From Candidatus Marinacidobacterales bacterium (GTDB lineage: Bacteria > Acidobacteriota > Vicinamibacteria > Marinacidobacterales > DATDRI01): a stretch of DNA of 64,000 nt. The translations under genes were made by a program, and so were the position numbers. A model generated the notes under the pieces. It worked only from the letters and a program-made list of their open reading frames with translations, was not told the origin of the DNA and made no database searches. Numbering within the stretch: the first letter of the stretch is position 1; each line of letters opens with the position of its first letter. Positions 10,138-18,408 of the stretch are shown piece after piece. The stretch spans positions 5,529,783 to 5,593,782 of the forward strand of contig OZ245365.1 in the NCBI GenBank assembly GCA_965226495.1, read 5' to 3'.

Positions 10138-13100
10138 CTAGTCTTGTACCGCGTCCCGCCGCAATGCGAAGAGCTCTTTGAGATCGCCCGTGGAAAGTTC
10201 GGTCAACCATCCCTCTCCGGCACGCACCACCAAATCTGCGAGATCCTTTTTTTGCTCGATGAGCTCGTCGATTTTCTCTTCCACGGTGCCGGCACATATG
10301 AATTTATGCACCGCAACCGATCGTGTCTGGCCGATTCGGAAAACGCGATCGGTCGCTTGGTTCTCGACGGCCGGGTTCCACCAGCGATCGAAATGAAACA
10401 CGTGACGCGCACGCGTCAGGTTCAAACCGAATCCGCCCGCCTTGAGTGAAAGCACGAAGACACTTGGTCCCGGCACTTCCTCTTGGAAACGGGTAATCAT
10501 TTCGTCCCGCTGGCGCACGGGAACCGCGCCATGAAGAAAGAGCACTTCGGTCGACAGCGCTTCGCGCAAATGCCGATGCAGCATACGACCCATCTCGGCG
10601 AACTGAGTAAAGATGAGGGCTCGATCGCCCTCGGCTAACACTTCTTCCAACATTTCGGTGATTCGGGTTAGTTTGCCGGAACGGCCATCGAGCTCGCTGT
10701 CGTCCCCAAGGTAATGAGTGGGATGGTTGCACACCTGTTTCAGCCGCGTGAGCGCAACGAGAACCTCGCCCTTGCGGCCCATGCCTTCGGAGTGGTCGAT
10801 GCGAGTCAGGCTCTCGCGCACTACGGCTTCGTAGAGTGTCGCCTGCTCTCGAGTCAGGCTGCAAAAAACCTTCATTTCGTTCTTGCGTGGAAGATCCTTG
10901 ATCACCGTGGGGTCGGTCTTCACGCGGCGCAGCACGAAAGGTTGCACGAGACGGCGGAGCTCTTCGGTAGCCTCTGGATCGCGGTACCTCTCGATGGGCA
11001 CCGCGAAACGTCGCTTGAACGAGAGATGAGAGCCCAGATACGAGGGGTTCAAAAACTCCATGATCGACCACAGCTCGGAAAGGCGATTCTCGACCGGTGT
11101 GCCGGTAAGAGCCACCCGGATCGGAGCGCCTAGACGCGTCACCGACTTGGTTTGCTTGGCGGCGGGGTTTTTGATGTTTTGTGCCTCGTCTAAGACCAGA
11201 CCATCCCACTGAACTGCCGAAAGACGTTTTAGATCGCGATGAACCAAGCTGTAGCTCGAGACCACCAAATCGTGTCGTGCCGCCTGTCGGACGAAGGCGT
11301 CTCCCTCACGGCGTCCCAATCCGTGGTGAATCAATACTCGCAATGCAGGTGCGAATCGCTCCGCCTCCTTCCTCCAGTTGCTCATCACCGAAGTGGGACA
11401 AATCAGAAGGAACGGGCGTTTCAGCTCGCCCGCTTGCCGGCGATGAAGGAGGAACGCAAGCATCTGAATGGTTTTTCCGAGTCCCATATCATCTGCCAGG
11501 CACGCCCCGAGGCCCCACTTTCCGAGAAAGGTGAGCCAGGAAAGACCGCTAACCTGATAGGGCCGAAGCTGACCCTGGAAGTCACCCGGCGGGTCGAGCA
11601 TTGGCAAAGACTCCATACCCCCGAGCCTCCCCAAAAGTGTTTCGACCCAACCATCCGCCTCCAATCCACGGACCGGCAAGCCGTCTTCGCCGCGGCCGAG
11701 TCCCAACTGCAGGACTTCTCGAAGCGACATCACCGCTCGCGCCGGTTGGGAGCCGATCACTTTTAGCGCTTCCGCGACGTGCTCCTCTTTGAGCTCTACC
11801 CACCGGCCGCGCAGGCGAACCAATGGCTGCTTGAGCGAGACGAGCTGAAGAAACTCTTCACGGTCTAAGCTCTCGTCACCGATGGCGACTTGCCAATCGA
11901 ACTCTACGAGAGCATCGAGACCGAGAGCCGAGTCGACCCTTCCGGGATCCTCGGGGGCCGCCACGTGAAGCTTCAATCCGAAACCCGCTTCCTGCTTTTC
12001 CCACCAGGACGGAACGAGAACGCCGAAACCACTTTCGCGTAAGAGAAAAGCTGACTCGCGAAGAAAAAGATAGGCTTCGTCCAAGTCCAAATCGCAATAC
12101 TCGGGCCTAGATTCCTTCAAGCTTTCTTCGATCGGTGGGAAAAGCGTCGAGGCGCGGCCGAGCGCTTCGAGGGCTCGTTCCTGCGGACGGTCCATCCGAC
12201 GTTGGAGATAACGCCAACTCTGTCCCGCATGTCTCCAAATTCGACCCACGGGAATGAGGAGACTCGGGTCATCGACGGCCTGCAGAAAAAACTGGAGCCT
12301 CCATCTTTCGCCGGCCCCGGCGCCTTCTCCTTCAGGTGGATCGAGTCGGAAAGCGATCCGAAAAGGCGCTTCGGTCTCGTCCTCCAAGGACCGGCGCCAA
12401 TCGGCCAGCTCGAGCTCCAACGAGCGTCTCTCGTTTCCAGTTGCGGAAAGCGCGCCCTGGGAATCCAATAGAGCCGCCGCGAAGTGAGCACCTTGGCTAT
12501 CGATGACACGAGGTCTCAGTCTCAGGCGCGAGGCAGCCTGACGCACGAAGACATCGACGGCGGTCGCCAGGAAATCGTTCAACAAGTCGTCGGGGTCGAC
12601 ACCTTTGCGATTGGCTTGAACGAAAGCGCGGCAAACCGGAGGCATCGCCGAGGCCAAACCTTCCACTCGCTCGTCCTCCTCATCCAGCAAAGGCTCCCAA
12701 AGAGCGCGGGCCCTGGAATTCGACCCGTCCACACCGGGTAAGAATCTCTGACGCGCGAGGAGCTCGAGCGCCATACGCGCCGCAGTAGCCCAAAAGCGCA
12801 CATCCTGCCCTAGCCGTACGCGTAACGGAGTTTGACTGAGCTCGTCAAAATGACCAGGCTCACTGGGGAGGCTCGCCAACCATCCGAGTGCGGTCATGGG
12901 CGCAAGCGATAGGCCCGGGATTCGCCATTTGGCCAAACGTTTCGCGGAAGAGATCTCGCGCTCGTCGACGATCAATTCTGGGGACGCCACCGGTTCCCCG
13001 TGAAGACTCGGCAGGAAAAAATCCGATTCGCCTCGTGAAAAGCTGGCTTGATAACCGTTTTCCCCGAATGCCGCGAAGATCTCCTCTTCGATCTGCCGGC

Positions 13101-13338
13101 GAGGCGAGTGAAACGGATGAAGGGGCGCGGCATCCGCCTTGGTGCGACCGCGAGGGGGCGCGGGAGAACCGGTTTCTCCCCAGAGGAAGAACCCTCCTCC
13201 TCCAGATGACGGAATCCATGTTCCGTGGGCGACAATCACGTGATTCGTCTCAAAAAGCCGAGGCGGCGCGTTCCGTCCAGGCGATCTTTCCAGTCTAGCA
13301 CGAGGCGGCCGAGCCCAAGCCTCCGAAACAAGTGCCAC
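10138..13338 (-). CDS. SNF2-family DEAD/DEAH-box helicase with long N-terminal SNF2-associated region
   Basis: LADDMGLGKTIQ (motif I), DEAQNIKN (motif II), LTGTPVENRLSELWSIMEFLNP and helicase-C motifs (GGFGLNLTRARHVFHFDRWWNPAVENQATDRVFRIGQ). A roughly 550-aa N-terminal non-catalytic region precedes them. Confidence 0.9.
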   Translation of the reverse strand: MALVSEAWARPPRARLERSPGRNAPPRLFETNHVIVAHGTWIPSSGGGGFFLWGETGSPAPPRGRTKADAAPLHPFHSPRRQIEEEIFAAFGENGYQASFSRGESDFFLPSLHGEPVASPELIVDEREISSAKRLAKWRIPGLSLAPMTALGWLASLPSEPGHFDELSQTPLRVRLGQDVRFWATAARMALELLARQRFLPGVDGSNSRARALWEPLLDEEDERVEGLASAMPPVCRAFVQANRKGVDPDDLLNDFLATAVDVFVRQAASRLRLRPRVIDSQGAHFAAALLDSQGALSATGNERRSLELELADWRRSLEDETEAPFRIAFRLDPPEGEGAGAGERWRLQFFLQAVDDPSLLIPVGRIWRHAGQSWRYLQRRMDRPQERALEALGRASTLFPPIEESLKESRPEYCDLDLDEAYLFLRESAFLLRESGFGVLVPSWWEKQEAGFGLKLHVAAPEDPGRVDSALGLDALVEFDWQVAIGDESLDREEFLQLVSLKQPLVRLRGRWVELKEEHVAEALKVIGSQPARAVMSLREVLQLGLGRGEDGLPVRGLEADGWVETLLGRLGGMESLPMLDPPGDFQGQLRPYQVSGLSWLTFLGKWGLGACLADDMGLGKTIQMLAFLLHRRQAGELKRPFLLICPTSVMSNWRKEAERFAPALRVLIHHGLGRREGDAFVRQAARHDLVVSSYSLVHRDLKRLSAVQWDGLVLDEAQNIKNPAAKQTKSVTRLGAPIRVALTGTPVENRLSELWSIMEFLNPSYLGSHLSFKRRFAVPIERYRDPEATEELRRLVQPFVLRRVKTDPTVIKDLPRKNEMKVFCSLTREQATLYEAVVRESLTRIDHSEGMGRKGEVLVALTRLKQVCNHPTHYLGDDSELDGRSGKLTRITEMLEEVLAEGDRALIFTQFAEMGRMLHRHLREALSTEVLFLHGAVPVRQRDEMITRFQEEVPGPSVFVLSLKAGGFGLNLTRARHVFHFDRWWNPAVENQATDRVFRIGQTRSVAVHKFICAGTVEEKIDELIEQKKDLADLVVRAGEGWLTELSTGDLKELFALRRDAVQD

Positions 13339-13406
13339 CCTTTTGGTGAGAACGACCGGATAACCTTCTAACTGTTTGATTCCTGAGGGTATTCAGGCAG
13401 GGAGGT

Positions 13407-13502
13407 TGGCGGAGAGGGTGGGATTCGAACCCACGTGCCCAGTTATTAACCGGACAAGACGCTTTCGAGGCGCCCCCGTTACGACCACTTCGGTACCTCT
13501 CC
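13407..13502 (-). tRNA. tRNA-Ser (anticodon CGA), class II with long variable arm, CCA encoded
   Basis: Reverse complement folds as a cloverleaf: GGAGAGG acceptor stem; D-arm CCG...CGG; anticodon stem GGCGC/GCGTC with loop CTCGAAA (U33, anticodon CGA, A37); long variable arm; T-arm GTGGG-TTCGAAT-CCCAC; CCTCTCC-G-CCA. Confidence 0.9.
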
Positions 13503-13566
13503 GCGCGAGTGCTCGCCGATTCGACGACGTTCCTTATCGGTACGATAGCTTCTCTGGAGCTTCCTC

Positions 13567-14085
13567 CTACACGCGATCCCGCCGGTAGCGGAAAAAGTCC
13601 TGCATCAGTTTTCGGCAGTCATGCTCGAGAACACCTGAAATAACTGCCAGCCGGTGAGGCACCCGGATGCTTTCTAGATCCACAATCGATTCCACGGCCC
13701 CAAACTTGGGCTCCTTCGCTCCGTAGACCAACGTGCTGACCCGCGCGTGAACGATGGCTCCGATACACATCAGGCACGGCTCCACCGTTACATAAAGCGT
13801 CAACCCCCGGAGTCGGTAATCCCCAAGCTCCTTTGCGGCGTGGCGAATCGCAACCAGCTCTGCGTGTGCGGTGGGGTCAACCGTGTGGATGGGCTGATTG
13901 AACCCGGTCGCAACAATCACCTCATCCTTAGTCAGGATGGCGCCAATCGGCACCTCTCCCAAGTGGAGTGCTTTGTGCGCCGCCTCCAGGGCGTGTCGCA
14001 TCAACTCTTCGTGGGTCCCGATTCCTAAGTCCTCAGCGACGACGTTTCGCCTCGCATCACGCCGCGCAAGCCACTCGTCGCACAC
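13567..14085 (-). CDS. tadA: tRNA-specific adenosine deaminase
   Basis: CMP/dCMP deaminase zinc motifs HAELVAIRHA and PCLMCIGAI. N-terminus ELMRHALEAAHKALHLGEVPIGA aligns with E. coli TadA. The exact start is uncertain (ATG 14085 or ATG 14001). Confidence 0.85.
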   Translation of the reverse strand: MCDEWLARRDARRNVVAEDLGIGTHEELMRHALEAAHKALHLGEVPIGAILTKDEVIVATGFNQPIHTVDPTAHAELVAIRHAAKELGDYRLRGLTLYVTVEPCLMCIGAIVHARVSTLVYGAKEPKFGAVESIVDLESIRVPHRLAVISGVLEHDCRKLMQDFFRYRRDRV

Positions 14086-14149
14086 ACATTATAATAGGAA
14101 CCGCCCGATTTCGCGCCCGATTGCCGCTTGAAATCCCAACTATCCGAAG

Positions 14150-14228
14150 TGCTAAAAATTTAGCAAATAAACTTGACGGGACCGCGGTCTCAGTGCTAGA
14201 TTTCCAGCATGATGCTGAAATATTAGCA
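14150..14228. promoter_or_regulatory. Three TGCT-N8-AGCA dyad sites (14150-14165, 14194-14209, 14213-14228) upstream of the blaI-like gene; putative repressor operators overlapping a TTGACG(14173)...TAGATT promoter
   Basis: TGCTAAAaaTTTAGCA is a perfect palindrome. TGCTagatttccAGCA and TGCTgaaatattAGCA share the same half-sites. They lie in the tadA/blaI divergent intergenic region; GAGGAGG RBS at 14241. Confidence 0.5.
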
Positions 14229-14256
14229 TGGCAGGAAGTCGAGGAGGCGAAACCAC

Positions 14257-14664
14257 GTGACCAAGAAACATTCGATGGGCGAAAAAGCGTATCTAAGCTT
14301 GAGCACTCGGGAACGGCAGATCATGGACTTGTTGTATCGCTTTGGCCAGTCTACCGCGGCCGAAGTGCAGGCCAACCTGCCCGATCCTCCGGGTTACTCG
14401 GCGGTGCGGGCAACGCTACGCATCCTGGAGGAAAAGGGACACGTTGGCCACGACCAGGACGGTCCGCGTTACGTCTTCACTCCTACCGTGGGGCAGGACA
14501 AGGCCAAGCGCTCTGCTATCCAACACCTTCTTCACACGTTCTTTAACGGATCGACCGAGCAGGCCGTCGCTACGCTCTTGGACGATTCCACCGCCGATCT
14601 CTCGTCCGAAGAGCTGAGCCGCCTCGCGAAGCTGATCGACAAGGCGCGCACGAAAGGAGCCTAG
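14257..14664 (+). CDS. BlaI/MecI/CopY-family transcriptional repressor
   Basis: Winged-helix N-terminus (LSTRERQIMDLLYRFGQSTAAEVQANL...SAVRATLRILEEKGHV) and C-terminal dimerisation helix. GTG start with RBS. 2-nt gap to the following M56 gene. Confidence 0.8.
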   Translation: MTKKHSMGEKAYLSLSTRERQIMDLLYRFGQSTAAEVQANLPDPPGYSAVRATLRILEEKGHVGHDQDGPRYVFTPTVGQDKAKRSAIQHLLHTFFNGSTEQAVATLLDDSTADLSSEELSRLAKLIDKARTKGA

Positions 14665-14666
14665 CC

Positions 14667-16775
14667 ATGTCTTGGACCCTCTTCACTGCGAACATTCTCG
14701 TCAAAGGATTTGTTGTCCTGGGAGTGGCTTCTCTGATGACCGTCGCACTGAGACAGGCCTCGGCGGCGACGCGGCACGTCGTTTGGGCGTTGGCGCTGAT
14801 CAGTCTTCTGGCCTTGCCTTTCTTGTCTTCGGCCTTGCCCACGTGGCAGCTGCCGCTGCCGGTAATGTTCTTGCCGGCTACGCCTTCACCCGACACCCTT
14901 GTTCCTGAACGCGGCGTCGTTGCTGCGGCCCCGACCACGACCGTTCGACCCAAACGCAACGTGTCGCCCTCTACTGAAACGCGGCCGTCCCCCTCCCAGC
15001 GTCCCGCACCGGCCGGTGATCGCACCGGCTCGACTCTGGCGACCATTGGTTGGCAAACCTGGGTCCTGGCGATCTGGCTCGCCGGATTGGCGCTATTCGC
15101 TTCGCGCATCCTCGTTGGCTTGGTTCGAAGCCGCCATGCCGTGCGCTCGGCGCATGCGATCAAAGATCCCTCGTGGAAGCTTCTGTGTGAAGAAATCGCA
15201 GATAAGTTTGGGATCTCGCAAAGGGTCAGGCTGCTAGAAAGCCCTCGTGCCTCATTGCCTGTGACTTGTGGGTTCTTTCGTTCCTCGGTGCTCCTACCGG
15301 AAAACGCCAACGAATGGACGGCGGAGCGGCGGCGGAGTGTGTTGCTTCATGAGATGGCTCACGTGAAGCGTCGAGACTGCCTCGTCCAGTTGTTCGCGCA
15401 ACTCACCTGTGCTGCACACTGGTGCAACCCGGCTGTTTGGTTCGCGGCAAGAGAGTTACGGCGCGAGAGCGAGCGAGCCTGCGACGATCTGGTCTTGCAC
15501 GCGGGTACCCGCCCTTCCGATTATGCGCACGACCTTCTCGACATGGCTCGGGTATTGACCATGACCCCGACTCCTACCCTGGCCGCGGTCACGCTCGCGC
15601 ACCGTTCAAGGCTCGAGGAGCGACTCCTGGCCATTCTGAATCCCAAGCTCCCGCGGCGAGCCCTGAGTCGCCTTTCCGTCTCGTTAGCCACGCTGGCAGT
15701 CGTTCTCTTCGTTCTCCCATTGGCGACGCTCGTGCCGTCTGCAAAGGCCAGAGAGACATTGCGACCCCACTCGCCGAACCCGCTACTACTCTTAGAAGAG
15801 AGTGCGTTGGAAAATAAAATGAGCGAACGGGTCCGTTTGCAGGGGCGGGAAACGGACGGAGGGATCCAAACGCTTTCCGAAGTGGAAACAAAGGAGCAGG
15901 ACGTGGACTCGGATCGCGACCGTCAGGTGAACGTTCGCGACGTCGATGACGATGGTGACGACGACGATGAGCGAGAGCGTGTGGACGAGCGCTTGTTGAT
16001 CCCGCTAATGGAAGCACTCTCCGATCCGGAACCGGCGGTTCGAGAGCAAGCGGCGGAGGTGCTTGGCGACCTCGAAGACGAAAGAGCGGTCGAGCCCCTC
16101 ATGGCAGCCGTCACCGATGAAAATGAGGACGTGCGAGCGCAGGTCATTTGGGCGCTCGGAAACATGGAAGATCCTCGAACCTTCGAAACCCTCCGTACCG
16201 CACTTCGCGATGAGAGCGAAGAAGTCCAGGAGAGCGCGATCTGGGCTCTTGGGCAACTCGAAGACCCACGGTCGATCGACGCCTTGACCGAAGCGCTCAA
16301 ATCTGCGAATCCCGACATCCGGGAGACGGCCGCCACCTCTCTTGGAAGGATCGAGGACCCTCGCGCGATCGGTGCATTGGAGAGCGTGATCCACGACGAA
16401 AGCTCCGACGTCCGAGAGCAGACCGTCTGGGCACTCGGCATGATCGAAGATCCCGGCTCGGTGCCGGCTTTGAAGGAGGCGCTCCAGGATGAGAATCCTG
16501 ACGTCCGTGAGCAGGCCGCTTGGGCGCTCGGCAAAACGGAAGATCCGAGCGCGCTCGATGCTCTCGCGACCGCAGTAAACGATGAGAGTCCCGATGTCCG
16601 TGAACAAGCCGTCTGGGCAATGGGCATGATCCAGGATGCCCGCTCGGTAGACGCCTTGATCGTTGCGCTCAAAGATCAAGAACCCGACATCCGCGAACAG
16701 GCCGCTTGGGCGCTCGGCATGATCCAGGATTCCCGCGCCGTCGACCCTCTGATCGCCGCCGTCACCGATTCCTAA
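14667..16775 (+). CDS. BlaR1-like M56 metalloprotease signal transducer fused to acidic linker plus about 9 HEAT (PBS-lyase type) repeats
   Basis: N-terminal TM helices; M56 motif SVLLHEMAHVKRRDCLVQL (HExxH); more TM segments; acidic stretch DVDDDGDDDDERERVDE; then about 31-aa repeats (DPxVRxQAAWALGxIxDxRAVxxLxxALKDE). It ends at TAA 16773-16775. Confidence 0.8.
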   Translation: MSWTLFTANILVKGFVVLGVASLMTVALRQASAATRHVVWALALISLLALPFLSSALPTWQLPLPVMFLPATPSPDTLVPERGVVAAAPTTTVRPKRNVSPSTETRPSPSQRPAPAGDRTGSTLATIGWQTWVLAIWLAGLALFASRILVGLVRSRHAVRSAHAIKDPSWKLLCEEIADKFGISQRVRLLESPRASLPVTCGFFRSSVLLPENANEWTAERRRSVLLHEMAHVKRRDCLVQLFAQLTCAAHWCNPAVWFAARELRRESERACDDLVLHAGTRPSDYAHDLLDMARVLTMTPTPTLAAVTLAHRSRLEERLLAILNPKLPRRALSRLSVSLATLAVVLFVLPLATLVPSAKARETLRPHSPNPLLLLEESALENKMSERVRLQGRETDGGIQTLSEVETKEQDVDSDRDRQVNVRDVDDDGDDDDERERVDERLLIPLMEALSDPEPAVREQAAEVLGDLEDERAVEPLMAAVTDENEDVRAQVIWALGNMEDPRTFETLRTALRDESEEVQESAIWALGQLEDPRSIDALTEALKSANPDIRETAATSLGRIEDPRAIGALESVIHDESSDVREQTVWALGMIEDPGSVPALKEALQDENPDVREQAAWALGKTEDPSALDALATAVNDESPDVREQAVWAMGMIQDARSVDALIVALKDQEPDIREQAAWALGMIQDSRAVDPLIAAVTDS

Positions 16776-16935
16776 AGCGACGTCCGGGCCGAGGTCGTTG
16801 GCGCCCTCGGAATGCTCCAGGACCGACGAGCCCTCGACACCTTGACGCAAGCCATCAAGGACGAAGACCCGGGACGTCCGCGCACAGGCACTTTGGGCGA
16901 TCTCCATGTTGGCTCGTGGATCGGACGACGAGTGA
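16776..16935 (+). pseudogene. Decayed continuation of the HEAT-repeat array after an in-frame stop, with an extra G causing a frameshift
   Basis: After the TAA the same frame continues SDVRAEVVGALGMLQDRRALDTLTQAIKDEDPG, a further HEAT unit. Removing one G in CCGGGACGTCCG restores ...KDEDPDVRAQALWAISMLARGSDDE* ending at TGA 16933-16935. Confidence 0.55.
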
Positions 16936-17004
16936 CGACCGCGCGGCATAGCGTCCTCTGAGACACCGGCCAGCCGCCATGCCGGAAGTCGGGGCCGATG
17001 AAGC

Positions 17005-18408
17005 ATGAAGACGGCGCTTTTTTTCCTCCTCTCGTCGACGCTCGTTGCTGCCGCTGAGCAACCGCGAGTCAGCGCCTACGAGCTCGACGTCTCTTTTTTC
17101 CCGGACACGAGGTCGATGGAAGGCCTCGCTCTGATTCGCTTCGAGCCTACCGATAGCGCTCCGCCCACACTCACGTTCTACCTCCACGGCGAGCTCTCGG
17201 TAGACGCGGTTCATCTCGGCGAGGACTCGCTCGAAATAGAGCAGGACCAGGTGTTCTACGACTTCGACTACTCCCTGGTCGCAACCAGAGTCCGACTCGA
17301 GCTCGAAGGAAAGAACCTGGACCAGGGCCTCTCGATAACCTATTCGGGATTTTTCAACCCGTCGCAAGCTCGGTCACGCACCGACTACATGCGCATCGAC
17401 TCGGACGGTGTCTTTCTACGAGCCTATGGATACTCCCTCTGGTTCCCGACCTTCTTGGAAGCGCAACGAGACTCTTACCCGGTCTCCTTTTCCAAGGTCA
17501 TGCTCCGAACGCCGCCCGATTTCGAATCCGTTTTCGTGGGCCGCAAGCTCACAGAGCGCCAAGAGGACGGCCAACGAGTGACCGAATGGATCGCGGAGGG
17601 GATCAACTTGATCGACGCCCAATGTACGGCTCAGCGGTACTCCGTCACCGCTCACGGCGGCTACTTTCTTTATCATCATGATGACCAAGTGTCGCGGGCC
17701 GCGACAGAGCGCATCCTGCTTTTCGCGAAACAGCTGAACGGCTTCTACCAGAACGTATATAAGAAGGATGCGGATGCTCCCCAGTTCCATATTATGGATA
17801 TGCCCCGCTATGGCGACATCTCGAGCGGCAACGTAGTCGGGATCAACCGCGAGTTGTGGGTCGAGCTCGATGAAACCTCTTACCCCGCGCGAGTCCTCGC
17901 TCACGAGCTGGTTCATCCCTTGGTGCATGTTGATACGAATCGTGCCGACCCCTTGGCGGCTTTGGCGGTCGAAGGATTCCCTGCGTACTTCCACCTTCCG
18001 ATCATGGCGGAGTTTTTGGGCGAGGACTACTACCGGACGCACCTAAAGCGGACCGAGACGCGCTATCTAGAGAAAAAATCCTCGGGAACCGATCGTCGCG
18101 GACATCCGTTGCCCCAAGAGAAACCGCTTCTCGATATCGAGGAGGACGAGATCGGTGCCTACAAAGATCCCTTTCTTCTATCGGACCGGGCGCTCTTGTT
18201 CTTCGATTACCTCCGAAGACAAATGGGCCACGATTTGTTCTTCGCCTTCATCCGGACCCTTTTTAACCGCGAAAAGCTAGACTTGGCGACCTTCGAAGCC
18301 ACCGTACTCGATTACCTGCCCGGGACAAAAGGAGAACTCGATCTGTGGCTCAGGACGACCGATTACCCCGAACAGCTTCGACTAGATCACGGGGAAAGGA
18401 CCAGATGA
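17005..18408 (+). CDS. Secreted zinc metallopeptidase, gluzincin (HExxH-X18-E; M1-like)
   Basis: Signal peptide MKTALFFLLSSTLVAAA. HELVHPLVHVDTNRADPLAALAVEGFPAY gives HExxH plus Glu 18 residues after the second His. Stop overlaps the next gene start (ATGA). Confidence 0.65.
   Translation: MKTALFFLLSSTLVAAAEQPRVSAYELDVSFFPDTRSMEGLALIRFEPTDSAPPTLTFYLHGELSVDAVHLGEDSLEIEQDQVFYDFDYSLVATRVRLELEGKNLDQGLSITYSGFFNPSQARSRTDYMRIDSDGVFLRAYGYSLWFPTFLEAQRDSYPVSFSKVMLRTPPDFESVFVGRKLTERQEDGQRVTEWIAEGINLIDAQCTAQRYSVTAHGGYFLYHHDDQVSRAATERILLFAKQLNGFYQNVYKKDADAPQFHIMDMPRYGDISSGNVVGINRELWVELDETSYPARVLAHELVHPLVHVDTNRADPLAALAVEGFPAYFHLPIMAEFLGEDYYRTHLKRTETRYLEKKSSGTDRRGHPLPQEKPLLDIEEDEIGAYKDPFLLSDRALLFFDYLRRQMGHDLFFAFIRTLFNREKLDLATFEATVLDYLPGTKGELDLWLRTTDYPEQLRLDHGERTR

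Noticed and set aside
10304-11209. 301-aa minus-strand ORF inside the SNF2 gene; similar Arg-rich ORFs at 37250-37945 (+), 46328-47533 (+), 3211-3663 (-) and 5523-6149 (-)
   Set aside because: These are alternative-frame ORFs typical of high-GC DNA (RGR/PRR-rich) that overlap well-supported genes.
13407-13502. Possibility that the long-arm tRNA is tRNA-Sec
   Set aside because: Anticodon is CGA, not UCA. The 7-bp acceptor stem and D-arm are of Ser type.
13376-13588. 70-aa + strand ORF
   Set aside because: It overlaps the tRNA-Ser gene on the opposite strand, has no RBS, and is a low-complexity product.
15923-17006. Long minus-strand ORFs (249 and 333 aa) and an apparent roughly 93-nt periodicity that could mimic a CRISPR-like array
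   Set aside because: They are the antisense of the HEAT-repeat coding region. The periodicity is protein-repeat derived, with variable 'spacers' of identical length and coding bias on the + strand. No CRISPR repeats are found anywhere in the window.
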